Shown here in pieces: positions 19,274 through 29,700 of a DNA stretch of 64,000 bases. The notes under the pieces were generated by a model, which made no database searches, was not told the origin of the DNA, and saw only the letters and a program-made list of their open reading frames with translations. The translations under genes were made by a program, and so were the position numbers. The stretch is taken from the IMG/VR virus record IMGVR_UViG_3300037805_000644, positions 158,940-222,939 of that record. The stretch is one strand, 5' to 3'. The stretch's first letter is position 1. Every line of letters begins with the position of its first letter.

Positions 19274-20464
19274 TTACCGCAGGAACTTCTTGATGCGGAT
19301 CACCGCCTCAGGGGGGATTCGGTACTCCTTCTCCCCGGGATGGTAACTGATGCTGGGGTGGGTCATGTCCACCTCCACCGCCAGCACCCCGATATCCCCG
19401 GGGCGCTTCGCCAGATACTCCGCCGTCCTACGGATGTGTAGGAAAAAGGGGTTGAAGCGGCTTGTCGTTGTGCTGAGGTATGCCTTGTACAGCTTGACCC
19501 TGTCCCTGGGCGTGGAGAACACCTTATCGGGGTCACGGTATCGACGGGTCCGCTCCACAGGGTCTGGCTCAAACAGGTGCCACTTGCCGCCTTCAAAGCT
19601 GAAAATGAGTGCGTAGTCACGCCACTCTGTGTCAAGGAAGCTGAGGAACCCTTTTGGATTCCCCTCCCGCCGGACCCAATCAAGGATCTGAGCAGGCTTC
19701 ACCCCGCCTTTGTACACCAGTGCCAGCTCCTTATACACCCGAGCAATGCCGAAAGCAGCCTTTTGGTCATAGGTCATGGAGATGGCACGGCCCCCCGATT
19801 TGTCCTCCTGAGATCCCCCCAACCCCATCCCCAAAGCCTCATCGGGGACCGAGCTAGAGAACCCTGTGGAGTACAGCTTCCGAGCATTCGCTGAGGCGTG
19901 GTAAAGGGTCTCAACAGCCCCAGGCTTCACATCCTTGGTGCGTGTTGCCTCATACCGGGCTAGATGTACTGCCAGTGCCTTATGCAGCCCTGAGAGAGCA
20001 TCCTTGAGCCGTGCGGGGCCCGCCAGGACCTGGGGCGGCACACCCTCTTTCCACTCGGCATCCCACAGGTACCCCTCCTCCTCCGCAGCTCCTTCAAGAG
20101 CCCTGAGTGTGACCTTGCGGAAGGAAGGGACGTGCTTGGACAGGGTGTCCTGAATGCTCTGAACATCCCCAGCGTAGTCCTGCAACCAAGTGTCGTAAGG
20201 GCCGGTGCCCATGTACTCCAGGTGGCTGAGCCTGTACTGGATTTTCCGGTAAACCTCACCCTGGGGGTTGAGTTCAAACCAGAGCTGGGCCTCACCTGTC
20301 AGAGCTTCGAGGAGGTTCCTCAGCTCATAGTCAAAATCGCCAGCACCCTCGTACGCCTGTGCCCACTCTTGCAAGGCTTTGGACACTGCGGCTTGGGTCT
20401 TCTTAACGAACAGGCGTTCGCTGCGGATGGGCTGGGTAAGGGCAACCCGGTCTTGGTTCTGCAT
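19274..20464 (-). CDS. ADP-ribosyltransferase-fold protein (standalone)
   Basis: LYHAS...GF, AISMT, GEKEYRI (ExE) in ART strand order; N-terminal DRVA. Confidence 0.65.
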   Translation of the reverse strand: MQNQDRVALTQPIRSERLFVKKTQAAVSKALQEWAQAYEGAGDFDYELRNLLEALTGEAQLWFELNPQGEVYRKIQYRLSHLEYMGTGPYDTWLQDYAGDVQSIQDTLSKHVPSFRKVTLRALEGAAEEEGYLWDAEWKEGVPPQVLAGPARLKDALSGLHKALAVHLARYEATRTKDVKPGAVETLYHASANARKLYSTGFSSSVPDEALGMGLGGSQEDKSGGRAISMTYDQKAAFGIARVYKELALVYKGGVKPAQILDWVRREGNPKGFLSFLDTEWRDYALIFSFEGGKWHLFEPDPVERTRRYRDPDKVFSTPRDRVKLYKAYLSTTTSRFNPFFLHIRRTAEYLAKRPGDIGVLAVEVDMTHPSISYHPGEKEYRIPPEAVIRIKKFLR

Positions 20465-20488
20465 GTTTCACCTCACCAGGTGAGGGGT

Positions 20489-20502
20489 ATAAACAAAAAA
20501 CC
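20489..20502 (-). promoter_or_regulatory. putative late promoter motif (variant, overlapping the terminator tail)
   Basis: Minus strand GGT-ttttt-GTTTAT, 25 nt upstream of 20464. Confidence 0.45.
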
Positions 20503-20529
20503 CTGGCAGGTTGCCCTGCCAGGGGTTTT
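20495..20529 (-). terminator. intrinsic terminator after the major capsid gene
   Basis: CCCTGGCAGG-loop-CCTGCCAGGG with a T6 tail on the minus strand. Confidence 0.85.
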
Positions 20530-20573
20530 AATGGGTGTGCTCATCAGAGCCGCTGTCTAGCCTCTAAGGGCTA

Positions 20574-21446
20574 TTAGCGGGTGACGGTGAGGCGGGCCAA
20601 CCCACGGGGGTTGTAGGCGCCGATACCCAGGTTCTCGAAGACCGAGAAACCGATGGTACGTGCCTTGGGGTCGTCGGCGCTGAGCACGGTCAGCTCGGTG
20701 CGGACCGGGATCCGACCGAAGTGCTCGGGCTCGCAGCACAGGTAGACCGTGCCGACGGGAACCAGGCGGCTCACGACGATCTGGGCACCGTAGATGACGC
20801 CCATGAGACCAGTCTTGAGCAGGGTGCCCTGGGACTCGATGTCCAAGATGTCACGACCGAACTTACGGATGTCCGCGTAGTCACGGGCGTTCATGTAGAC
20901 ACGAGCAACGCGGAGGTCCCAACGCTCGATGAGAGCGAAGGCATCAGCCAGGACCGCACCCGAGATGGGGGCGATGACCGGGATGTCCGGGTTGAGCTGA
21001 CCAGGCAGCGAGTCGAAGCCCGCAGTGGCGATGGAGTCGAGCACGGCAAAGACGCGCTCATCCTCGGCAGCCTGCACCTGGGCACGGGCCAGGTCCTGAG
21101 CACGCTCAATCAGATCGAAGCGGCGCTCCTTGATCTGGGTGAGCGGGATCTCCGGGTTCGAGGCAATCTCGAACAGGGGGAAGATCACACGACGAGGCTT
21201 GGTGATGGCCAGGATGTTCTGACCTTCCTCACCAATCACGAATGCGGTCACATCCGGGTCTTTGTCGTAGATCGGCAGGGCCCCGTCAGGAAGCTGCTCG
21301 ACCAGGAAGGTCTTGCGGCCGACTGCGGCGTAGTCACGCCGGGTACGGAGGGGCTGCGTCATACTGGCAGCGAGCTTGGCCCGTCCCTGGGGGGACTGGA
21401 TCAGCTCGCCGATGAGGCGTTGCTTGACGGCGTTTGTAACGGCCAT
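20574..21446 (-). CDS. major capsid protein (HK97 fold)
   Basis: GRAKLAASMTQPL, FEIASNPEI, AEDERVF, VPVGTVYL..EPE.FG, NPRGL. From memory this resembles Bxz1/E3-type myovirus MCPs. It follows the protease, scaffold and decoration genes and ends in a strong terminator. Confidence 0.9.
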   Translation of the reverse strand: MAVTNAVKQRLIGELIQSPQGRAKLAASMTQPLRTRRDYAAVGRKTFLVEQLPDGALPIYDKDPDVTAFVIGEEGQNILAITKPRRVIFPLFEIASNPEIPLTQIKERRFDLIERAQDLARAQVQAAEDERVFAVLDSIATAGFDSLPGQLNPDIPVIAPISGAVLADAFALIERWDLRVARVYMNARDYADIRKFGRDILDIESQGTLLKTGLMGVIYGAQIVVSRLVPVGTVYLCCEPEHFGRIPVRTELTVLSADDPKARTIGFSVFENLGIGAYNPRGLARLTVTR

Positions 21447-21474
21447 GATTTTATCTCCTTGAACCCGTCAGGGA

Positions 21475-22182
21475 TCAGACGCGCTGGTCGTAGACCAGCT
21501 CGTTCTGGGTTGCGTCAGGTGCCATCTTGAGCACCGCGAGGGTGGTCACGGCGGCGGCACCGAGGCCACCTGCGTGGACGAAGCCTTCGGCACTCTCGGC
21601 GGCAACGGCATCCAACGCCTGGAGGGCGGCGGCGCCATCGACGATGCGACGGGGCTGGAGGTAACCATTGCGGCTGGCCATGAGGCGCATACCGGCGATG
21701 TACGTCAGGGCAGCACCCTGGGCATCCGCACCGATGGCGTTCTGGAGCTGCGTCTCAAACAGGCCGTTGGCATGGGTGCCCTGGCTGCTGAGGTAGGTGT
21801 TCTTACCGCTGGCGGTACCAGGGGTGTTCTCGAAGGCATTGCCGTTCACCGAGTTGATGAACACACCCAGAGCGCGGTAGCCGATCTCCTGGGCGTTGGC
21901 TGCCGCGATGGCGGTCTGCGTGGCCGCATCACCCGGGCCGCCGATCATGTTCTCGCCAGCATCGGGGCGCACAAAGGCGACCGAGCCAGAGAGGACACCG
22001 ACGAGGGTGCTGTCGACCTGCTGAGAGGTGGTGGTCCCAGCGACGGGATCCACAACGGGGTTGGCCTGGATGAACGAGTCGGCTGTCATGACGCCGGTTG
22101 CGTTCCGTACACCAATGTGCAACGGGCGCAGCGCCGAAGACGACTCGGTCCAACCACCACTGGCCTGTCCGAGAAGGGGCAT
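21475..22182 (-). CDS. putative head decoration protein
   Basis: Located between scaffold and MCP; Ala/Gly-rich; start MPLLG with SD GGAGG. Confidence 0.65.
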   Translation of the reverse strand: MPLLGQASGGWTESSSALRPLHIGVRNATGVMTADSFIQANPVVDPVAGTTTSQQVDSTLVGVLSGSVAFVRPDAGENMIGGPGDAATQTAIAAANAQEIGYRALGVFINSVNGNAFENTPGTASGKNTYLSSQGTHANGLFETQLQNAIGADAQGAALTYIAGMRLMASRNGYLQPRRIVDGAAALQALDAVAAESAEGFVHAGGLGAAAVTTLAVLKMAPDATQNELVYDQRV

Positions 22183-22302
22183 AGTGTCCTCCATTCTCCT
22201 GTTTACAGGAGGGTGAGTCTCAAAGGGCTACCCCCCAACAAGGAGGACAGCGGCAAGCTGGAAGGGCTCCCAGACCGGGGCCTTCACTGAATAGGGGGAG
22301 GG

Positions 22303-22316
22303 ATAGACGCTCTATT
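22303..22316 (-). promoter_or_regulatory. putative late promoter motif (decoration-MCP unit)
   Basis: Minus strand AAT-agagc-GTCTAT, directly after a terminator. Confidence 0.6.
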
Positions 22317-22330
22317 GAGAACCCCCCCCT

Positions 22331-22368
22331 AAAAAAGTAAAGCCCACCCGATTTCTCGGATGGGCTTT
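22331..22368 (-). terminator. intrinsic terminator after the scaffold gene
   Basis: AAAGCCCA.CCGA-GAAA-TCGG.TGGGCTTT followed by a T tract. Confidence 0.75.
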
Positions 22369-22404
22369 AGAGGCCGAAACGGGGTTAGAACCCCCGGCTG
22401 GGGG

Positions 22405-23889
22405 TCAGACGCCGAACACCTTGCTCACGTCGGGGGCGGACTTCCAGAGCTTTTCCAGCATATCCACCGAACCCGGGGCCGCCGAGGCGACGCGAGTCTG
22501 GTTCCCAAGGGCGGTGACGCCGTTGCTGGCCTGGCGGGGCTGAGGGGACAGCTCCAGCTCTTCACCGGCCGTGTGGCCAGGGAGACCGGCGGAGAAAATC
22601 TCCTCCAGCAGCTCTTCGTCGGCAGCGGAGAGGGACATGCTGCTGCCCCCACTCAGGCCCATGGGGTCATGGCCAGCCGTGTCGAACAGGTTGGCAGCCT
22701 TGTCGGCACCATCCTCGTCGTCGTCCTCGTCGCCGTCGTCAGTGGCCTTCTTGCCAGCTTCGACCGCGTCGTCGTCCTCATCCTCGTCGTCGCCTGCCTT
22801 CTTCTTCTTGAGGAAGTCGGGGAACTTGTCGTCCTTCTTGTCGTCCTTCTTGTCGTCCTTCTTGTCGTCCTTCTTGTCGCCCTTGTCCCACTGCTTCTTG
22901 AAAGCTTCGGGGACCTCACCGGCCAGGACCATCTCGCCACAGGCGCTCATCATCCCGACTTCATCGTCCATGAAGTCGTCAGCCATGCCCATCATCTCAT
23001 CCGAGGGGTCGAACATGGCGGTGATCAGCTCACCCGAGGTGACCACACCGTCAGAGTCGGTGTCCACGGCGGCGAAGAGCGCCTTCGATCCGGTCCAATC
23101 GTCGGCCAGGGCAAACCCGTCCTCACCACCACCATGGGTGGCGAAGTAGCTGGCAACTCGCCCCTGGAGGCTGGCGAAACGGGCCGAACCCTTCTTCTCG
23201 CCCTTGGCGGTGGAAGACGCCTCAGCACGCTCCTGCTCCTTCGGATCGTTCTGGCTGGCGGTGATCTGAGCCTTGAGGCCACGGATCTCGGAGGCCATGT
23301 GCTGCATCATGGACATCATGTCGTCGCCGGGGGCGCCAACATCGAGATCGTCATCCATGCCGAACATGTCGTCATCCATGCCGAACATCTCGTCGCCCAT
23401 GTCGTCCATGTCGTCGCCGAGGAACATGTCATCATCCATGGCCAGGAAGCCGCCACCGACGCGCTTGAGGCTGGCCGCAAGGTACGAGTTGGGCAGATCC
23501 ATCATGTCGAGGGCCTGCGACTCAACCAGATCCTGCGTCGCATTCTTGCCGAGCTGATGCTTGGCGAGAACGAGGCACTTGGCGGCCTTGCGCTGGATCC
23601 CAGCAGACAGCTTGGCATCCTTCTGAACCCGGGGGTTCCGCTTGTGCGCCGGGTGGTCACCATCCTCGGTGTCGTAGCCGGGAACTGCCGGGGGGTTACC
23701 CTCGGGGTACGGGCCCTGGTGGACATCCTCGGCCCAAGCCGAGGTGTCGCCCTTTTGGTACTTCTCGTAGGCAGGATCGGCCTGGTGGGCCGGGTGGCCC
23801 TGGTCTTCCTTGCCGTAACCGGGAACTGCGGGTGCGGCAGACGCCTTACGGTCCGTCTTGCTCCACGTCGTGCGAGTGCGATTGCTCAT
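22405..23889 (-). CDS. putative capsid scaffolding protein
   Basis: Start MSNRTR (SD GAGGAG); highly acidic and low-complexity; between protease and MCP; many K/R-x-A sites. Confidence 0.7.
   Translation of the reverse strand: MSNRTRTTWSKTDRKASAAPAVPGYGKEDQGHPAHQADPAYEKYQKGDTSAWAEDVHQGPYPEGNPPAVPGYDTEDGDHPAHKRNPRVQKDAKLSAGIQRKAAKCLVLAKHQLGKNATQDLVESQALDMMDLPNSYLAASLKRVGGGFLAMDDDMFLGDDMDDMGDEMFGMDDDMFGMDDDLDVGAPGDDMMSMMQHMASEIRGLKAQITASQNDPKEQERAEASSTAKGEKKGSARFASLQGRVASYFATHGGGEDGFALADDWTGSKALFAAVDTDSDGVVTSGELITAMFDPSDEMMGMADDFMDDEVGMMSACGEMVLAGEVPEAFKKQWDKGDKKDDKKDDKKDDKKDDKFPDFLKKKKAGDDEDEDDDAVEAGKKATDDGDEDDDEDGADKAANLFDTAGHDPMGLSGGSSMSLSAADEELLEEIFSAGLPGHTAGEELELSPQPRQASNGVTALGNQTRVASAAPGSVDMLEKLWKSAPDVSKVFGV
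22826..22879 (-). repeat. 12-bp tandem repeat (about 4.5 copies, DKKD)
   Basis: ttgtcgtccttc x4 plus a partial copy, in frame within the scaffold gene. Confidence 0.9.
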
Positions 23890-23920
23890 CGTGGTTCTCC
23901 TCTGGCGCTCTGCCAGGTCT

Positions 23921-25378
23921 TTACTGTTGTCCCCGAAGGGCCTGGCCCCTTCGGGACATGATAGAGCCGAGCCGCAGGAACTTCCTGGCCTCAACTGGAT
24001 TGGGCTGACGCCCAAAGGCGGAGGCGCAAGCCCCCAGAAAATCTCTGCCGGTACTGTACCGACTGGTCGGGCCTGCACTCAGTGCTGCCCGGTATAGGTC
24101 TCGATCAACACTAATGCCGGCTGCCTTATCCAGAGCCGCCACGCCCTCAACGAGGGCGATATCGGTGCTGGCAATGCGAGTGAGGACACCTACGGCGGCC
24201 TCACGCTGGATGGTGTCATTCGGGGCGGTCGAGTCGCCAACGGACTTGGACAGGTCTCGGCCCCGCATCTCATCTTTGATGCGCTTTTTCACACGCTGCT
24301 GCATGTGCTCGGTCAACTCATCCTCGGTCTCATCGAGCGGGGATTTCTTCTCCGCAGGGGGGGCTTCACCACCCTCCTCAGCAGCGGGGGCATCCCCTTC
24401 TTCATCATCCCAGCCGGCGAGGAAAGCATCACCGCCCAGGGAGGCGCCTGTGTGCGTCGCACGAGCAGCACGCTGCATCTGGTCCGCATTCCACTCCGGC
24501 GGTGGGGTGTTCAGCACCTTGGCAGCCTTGTCGAGCATGGCCTGAGTCGGCTCCAACACATTCCGCAGGACTGCTCCCGTGAACGCGGGAGTCTCTACCC
24601 AGCTCGCCTCGATGAACCGGACACCGCCCGTGGGGTCGATGCTCTCATGGCCACACAGCTCTGCAATCCGATGCTGGCGACCCAGCTCATCGAAAAATGC
24701 GGTGCCTTTGGCGTACTTGATGTGAGAACACATCTCGGTTTCGTCAGCGGCCCAGTGCCCGCAACGGGTGCAGACCGTGCCGTCCACGGTGCAACCCATG
24801 GACATCGTGGCCATCTTGCCGGACGTGATGGCCTTAACCAACTCGGTGTGCTTGCGGTCCGTGGCCACCAGAATGTCGATGTAGATCGAATCCCCGATGT
24901 CCCGAGCCACTGCATCAATGATGCGGCCCTTGGACTGCTCCTCAATCTGTACGTGCTCGACGAAATTGTGCCCACCCACAAACGTCTCAAATGCCTTGAG
25001 CAGGACGGGCCGGCTCCAGGCATCGAGGTTGTTGTTGATGAATTTGTCGCAGCTCTGGCGGATACGGTACTCGGCGTAACGGCGGTTGACCCGGAAGCCC
25101 CCCTCCATGACATGACCGAGCCTCACCCCTTGCGGAGACTCCACATCCACCGAGGCCACGATAGTGGCATGGGTGAGCAGGAAGTTCTCAGGGTTGAAGG
25201 GCTTGCCCAAGATTTGGGTAGCCCGCTCCACCAGGTTGGAGGACATCGCCACCTTGGTCGGGCGAAAGGATGAGGCAACCTTCCCGTGCTGCTTAGCGGC
25301 GGCTCGGACATTGCCCCATTGCTCTTTCCTGATGGAAGGGGTGGCAACACTGGCGTATGCATACTTCATCAAAGGCAT
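23921..25378 (-). CDS. prohead (capsid maturation) protease
   Basis: NNNLDAW, FVEH (His), KGRIIDA, MSMGC (Ser), CTRCG...CSH zinc insert, FIEASWVETPAF; upstream of scaffold and MCP. Confidence 0.8.
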   Translation of the reverse strand: MPLMKYAYASVATPSIRKEQWGNVRAAAKQHGKVASSFRPTKVAMSSNLVERATQILGKPFNPENFLLTHATIVASVDVESPQGVRLGHVMEGGFRVNRRYAEYRIRQSCDKFINNNLDAWSRPVLLKAFETFVGGHNFVEHVQIEEQSKGRIIDAVARDIGDSIYIDILVATDRKHTELVKAITSGKMATMSMGCTVDGTVCTRCGHWAADETEMCSHIKYAKGTAFFDELGRQHRIAELCGHESIDPTGGVRFIEASWVETPAFTGAVLRNVLEPTQAMLDKAAKVLNTPPPEWNADQMQRAARATHTGASLGGDAFLAGWDDEEGDAPAAEEGGEAPPAEKKSPLDETEDELTEHMQQRVKKRIKDEMRGRDLSKSVGDSTAPNDTIQREAAVGVLTRIASTDIALVEGVAALDKAAGISVDRDLYRAALSAGPTSRYSTGRDFLGACASAFGRQPNPVEARKFLRLGSIMSRRGQALRGQQ

Positions 25379-25380
25379 GA

Positions 25381-26001
25381 TTACATCCCCCCCATCATGC
25401 GCTGGCGGGCCAGCCGGATGCCGGAGAACGGCTGAGGGGCAGGCCCCGCAGCATCCGCATCGAAGTAATCAGGGTGACCCATGATATCGCACTTCTTCAC
25501 CAGGAACATGCACTCAGGGCACCCGAGTAGCTTCTCCCGGGCTCCATCACGCATCTTGTAAGCAGCAGGGCGGAGACACCCCATCTTGCATTTGGGGCAG
25601 GTGTAACTGCCCGTATCAAGCTCTGCTTTTGTAGCCCTGTAATTGCGGTTCTTGGCCGCCCAATACAGAGACTTTTTGACAAAAGCCTGGGCAACTCGAA
25701 GAGAGCTGGCTGCCTTCGGCCCACCGGGGACAGACACGGTTCCGGCCCCACCGGGGACGTTGTCGTGCTCTGCCTTTGGCGGGATAAGATCTTTGGGTTC
25801 GTAACGCCCCAGCTCTTCAACTGGGTAACGCTCACTCCCGTGAGGCCACTCAACATCGACCATGCCGATAGCAGGGTAAACCGCCACGACACGACCGCTG
25901 TTTTCGTAGTTGCCGCTCATGAAAGGATACACCAGGTCACCGACCCCAAACTCTGAGGCCCGCTGCTGAAAATCCACGTATGCCGAGCGGTCTTTACTCA
26001 C
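25381..26001 (-). CDS. SH3-like plus zinc-ribbon head-associated protein
   Basis: VGDLV...GRVVAV...VDVEW; tag RVAQAFVKKS; CPKC...CPEC. Confidence 0.6.
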   Translation of the reverse strand: MSKDRSAYVDFQQRASEFGVGDLVYPFMSGNYENSGRVVAVYPAIGMVDVEWPHGSERYPVEELGRYEPKDLIPPKAEHDNVPGGAGTVSVPGGPKAASSLRVAQAFVKKSLYWAAKNRNYRATKAELDTGSYTCPKCKMGCLRPAAYKMRDGAREKLLGCPECMFLVKKCDIMGHPDYFDADAAGPAPQPFSGIRLARQRMMGGM

Positions 26002-26015
26002 GTCAGTTCTCCGAA

Positions 26016-26594
26016 TCAGGCGTACAGGTTGAAGCCGTGGGCCTTCTTGCCGGACTCTTTCTCGTCGCCCTCATCCTCATCCTCATCATCCTCAGCAGAC
26101 TTGACGATCTGGGAGGCAAGGCGTAGAGCTTTGGCAACCCGGGCCTCCTCGGCGAAGCTGAGGTTGGTGCTCTGGAGAGCAGCCACGAGGCTCAGGAAGC
26201 TGGCTTGGACGCCGGCCCGTGCGGGCTGCTCCGCCATGCTCGGAGCAGCAAGGTTGCCACCCTCCACTTCCTCGCGAAGCTCCCGGTTCTCCTGCTGGGA
26301 GAACTGGCCGCCCATGTAACCGGACTCGTCGCCGTCACCCTCAAGAGGACCGCCATCCTCCCGGCCGATCTCCGAGGGATCGAAGTCAGCGTTCTTGACC
26401 TCACCCCCCTCGTCACGCTCAAGGCCAGCGGTGACCTCAATGCGGTCCGAGAGGAGGTCGCAGCGGTGGGCGAAGTCAGCAGCGATTTTCTCGGGGATCC
26501 CGAGTGCTGCGTGCTCTGCCTGAATGAGGGTGGCAACGCGATCCAAAGCGGTAGAAGCCTGGAAAGCGCCCTTCTTGGTGATACGGTTGGGCAT
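26016..26594 (-). CDS. putative internal head / core protein
   Basis: Acidic; DRVATL, KNA, RVAKALRLA, KSA and KKA sites; own late motif upstream. Confidence 0.55.
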   Translation of the reverse strand: MPNRITKKGAFQASTALDRVATLIQAEHAALGIPEKIAADFAHRCDLLSDRIEVTAGLERDEGGEVKNADFDPSEIGREDGGPLEGDGDESGYMGGQFSQQENRELREEVEGGNLAAPSMAEQPARAGVQASFLSLVAALQSTNLSFAEEARVAKALRLASQIVKSAEDDEDEDEGDEKESGKKAHGFNLYA

Positions 26595-26675
26595 GTCTTC
26601 GTTCTCCTGTTCCGTCAGGGCCTCAGCGGGATGACAGCTCGGGCGTTGAATGCCCTTCGCTGATATGGGCTGGGT

Positions 26676-26689
26676 ATAGACGAACGATT
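26676..26689 (-). promoter_or_regulatory. putative late promoter motif
   Basis: Minus strand AAT-cgttc-GTCTAT, about 82 nt upstream of 26594. Confidence 0.6.
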
Positions 26690-26732
26690 GAAAATCGGTG
26701 GTTGTAACCCGGTTTACCAGGTCGGTTAAAGT

Positions 26733-29700
26733 TCACGACTTCTTACCTTTACCCTTACCGCCCGGCCCCACCTTTCTGCCGTCGTTGTGGGCCTCAACCT
26801 TCTGGTCAAGGACATCCACCTCGCCTGTCTCACAGACGTGGCGCACACGGGCGACCTGGGGGTTCAGCTTGTCCGGCGCCTTACCTGTCACCTTCTCGGC
26901 GGCGGCGTATGTAGCGCACATGTCCGTCACCTGGAGAGAGTCTGCACCGCCCTTGCATTTCTCCAGCTCTGCCTGAGTGGTTGCCTTGGCAATGCAGCCT
27001 GCCAGCTTGTCGACCGCGTCCTTGAGGGTGCGGTCATTGCCTTTCTCGGCACGTACACGCTCCGCCAAATCCTCAGGCTTTGTGGTGGGGGCTCCCTTTT
27101 CGGGCTCGTCTCCACCACCGCCAAGAGAGTTGAGGAAACCTTGCATGGTGGTCATGTCGTTGACTGCCAGCATCTTGAGCAGATCTCGGGCGAAAGCTCT
27201 CTGCTCTCCGCCCATCAGGTTGTCCTCCCCCTCATCCAGGAGGGCGGCCCCGATGGGCCCATATGCGGTGTCCTTGCTGGCGACCACCTCTACCAGATCG
27301 GCGTCCGGTAGCGAGTCCAGCGCCTCACGCACCCTAGAGCGTCCCTCAGGCCCGTAAATCTCAGACCCACCCCGGAGTAGCAGACTATGGTCCCCCTGGG
27401 CTGCTAGGGCCTGTGAGAGCACCTGGAAGCTCTTGGAGACCTCATCGGCACCGGGGAGTTGGCGACCTTGCACTGAGGCAGCTAGAACCATCCCAGACTT
27501 GATGGCGTCCAGCTCAATGAACTCGTCGGACTCTGGGTCCAGGTTGCTCAACTGATCTTCAAGCTTCCGGGCAGCGACATCCATCAGCTCTGTGCCAGCC
27601 TTGAGGAACTGCCGGAAAGCATCCTCAGCGCGAGATTGGAGCTGATCAGCGGACTTGGTGCTGTCGTTGATTGGCACCCCACCCACCAAAGAGGGATCGG
27701 ACACCACCTGCCGGGCGAACACGTACTCGGCCAGCATCTCTGCCTGAGCCTCTAGGCTCCTGTCCCCTAGGCCCTTGAGATCCTGCTTGAGTGCCTTGTT
27801 GGCGGCCTTGAACGCCTCGGCCCGGAGCCCGTCAGCAGTGAACCGACCTTCCCGAAGCTGGCTCATATGGGCAGTGTATGCCTCCGCCAGAGCAGCGGCT
27901 CCCTTCTCATCCAAATCTCGAATCAGTCGATCTGCGTCCCGAGGGAGATCCTTGGTGACCTTGCTGAAATCGTCGAGCTGACGCTCATGTTTGGCCCGCT
28001 GTTTCTCCCGAGCCTTGCCTCGGTCAGCTTTTTCCTGCTCGGCAGCGGCCTCAGGGTCGGGCTCCTCTTCCTCAGACTTGCGGTTGCCCTCGGCCATCCG
28101 CTTGGCGGCGGGCTCATCCGTGGCAGAGGTGGGCTGCTTGGCGCCCGGAGGCCAGACCCCCCACCCGTTTCGGGTTTGCCAGTAATCGCCCTCTTTCTTG
28201 TCAGCGTCTGGGGCGACCCGAGCTGCGATCCTGGTGGCCGTGGCACTGCCCCACCCGCCGACCCGCACGGCTGCGTCCTGGGCCTTCAAGTGCGTGTGGA
28301 CCCCCTTGAGGATGATCTGCTTGTTCCTCGGGGTCAGGTACGGCTCGATGTCTGGCCACTTGGAGTCCTTCAACGCCTCCCTGACGGCCATATTGAAACC
28401 CATGCCGTAACCCATGAACTCTTGAACGGAGTCCCCCACCTGGGTCACCACATCGCGCATCAGCGCCCGGACCTCTGCGGGGTGGTTGTGGTGGTGCCGC
28501 TTCAAATCTTCCATTGACCCGGAGAGATCACCCGCCGAACCCTTGCCAGACCAAACGTCTGCCGCGTGGGTCAACTCATGGGCGAGGAGACGGTACAGCT
28601 CATCCTCGATGATCCGAGTGGGACGTTGCTCGAACGACCGAAGGTAAGGGTTGACGAACACCCTCATCAGCGGACCCTCCCCACGGCGCTTGAGGAAGCC
28701 CCCGTGAAGCAATTCGTTGTTGAACGGGTCAGGGTGCCTGCGTGGGGATCCCGTCAACAGGATCTCCACATCAATCTCATTGCCCAGGACGTTGGTGATG
28801 TACAGATACTCCTGAGCAACCACCTGACCTGGCCTGGGGAGCCCCCGCTGGCGGAGTTGTAGGGCCAGCTTCTTGGAGAGGGCCTTGATCTCCCGAGTGG
28901 GCAACCGGATGGGACGGGCCGCCTGTTTGGTGGAGGCGAGATCTCGGCCCTTGGGGGCGTCGTCAGGGTTGACCACACGCACGACTTCAAGGGCACGAGG
29001 GTCGTAGGTCTGGTTGCCCACTGTGGACTGCCAACCCTCCATCCAGAAACCCACAGCGCCCTTGGCCTGCACCTCACCAGCCCAGCGGTCCACCGCCTGC
29101 ACCAACGACTCGCCCCGCTTCATCTTGCGGGGCGACCTTTTCAGATACTTGAAGCCCGGCTTAACCCGAAGCTCCAGCAACGCCCCGTGCGGGAAATAGA
29201 TCGAGGCGTCTTCTGGCTTGTCCGCCGTGGAGATCGACGGCACGCCGTGCATGAACGTGGACACATCTCCAGAGCCTCGGGGGAGCTGGAGCCCTTTCCG
29301 CAGGATCGAAGGCACCCTGTCCCACGGCGTCGCGTGGTACTGCACCCTCGGCATCTTGGCCTGTTTGGCAGCGGCCGTGCGCTCGTTGGGCAGGCAGGCA
29401 CCCACCAAAGACATCAGGAGGCTGTCTCCGGCAGCCTCGATAGCAGCGACCTTCTTGAAGTTCAGGCTGAGGTCTGAATCCTGGTCGACCCCACCACCCG
29501 CCATATCGGGGTCATCCACCTTCATCTTGTTCCGGCGGAGGTCCTGACGAGGAGGCTTCTTGGAAGGCTTCTTGCGGTTCATCCGCTCAACCTCTTCCTT
29601 CTCTTTCTCGCCCTTGTCCTTGGTGGCGGTGACCTGCTTACCCAAGCGGGCCGCCATATCCGCATACTTGAGGGGTGCCCTCTGCTTGAGGCGCCGGGGC

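Noticed and set aside
20574-21446. Encapsulin nanocompartment interpretation of the HK97-fold protein
   Set aside because: Terminase, portal, protease and scaffold in the same block indicate a true phage capsid.
22826-22879. DKKD repeat as a CRISPR or regulatory array
   Set aside because: It is an in-frame 12-bp coding tandem repeat without spacers.
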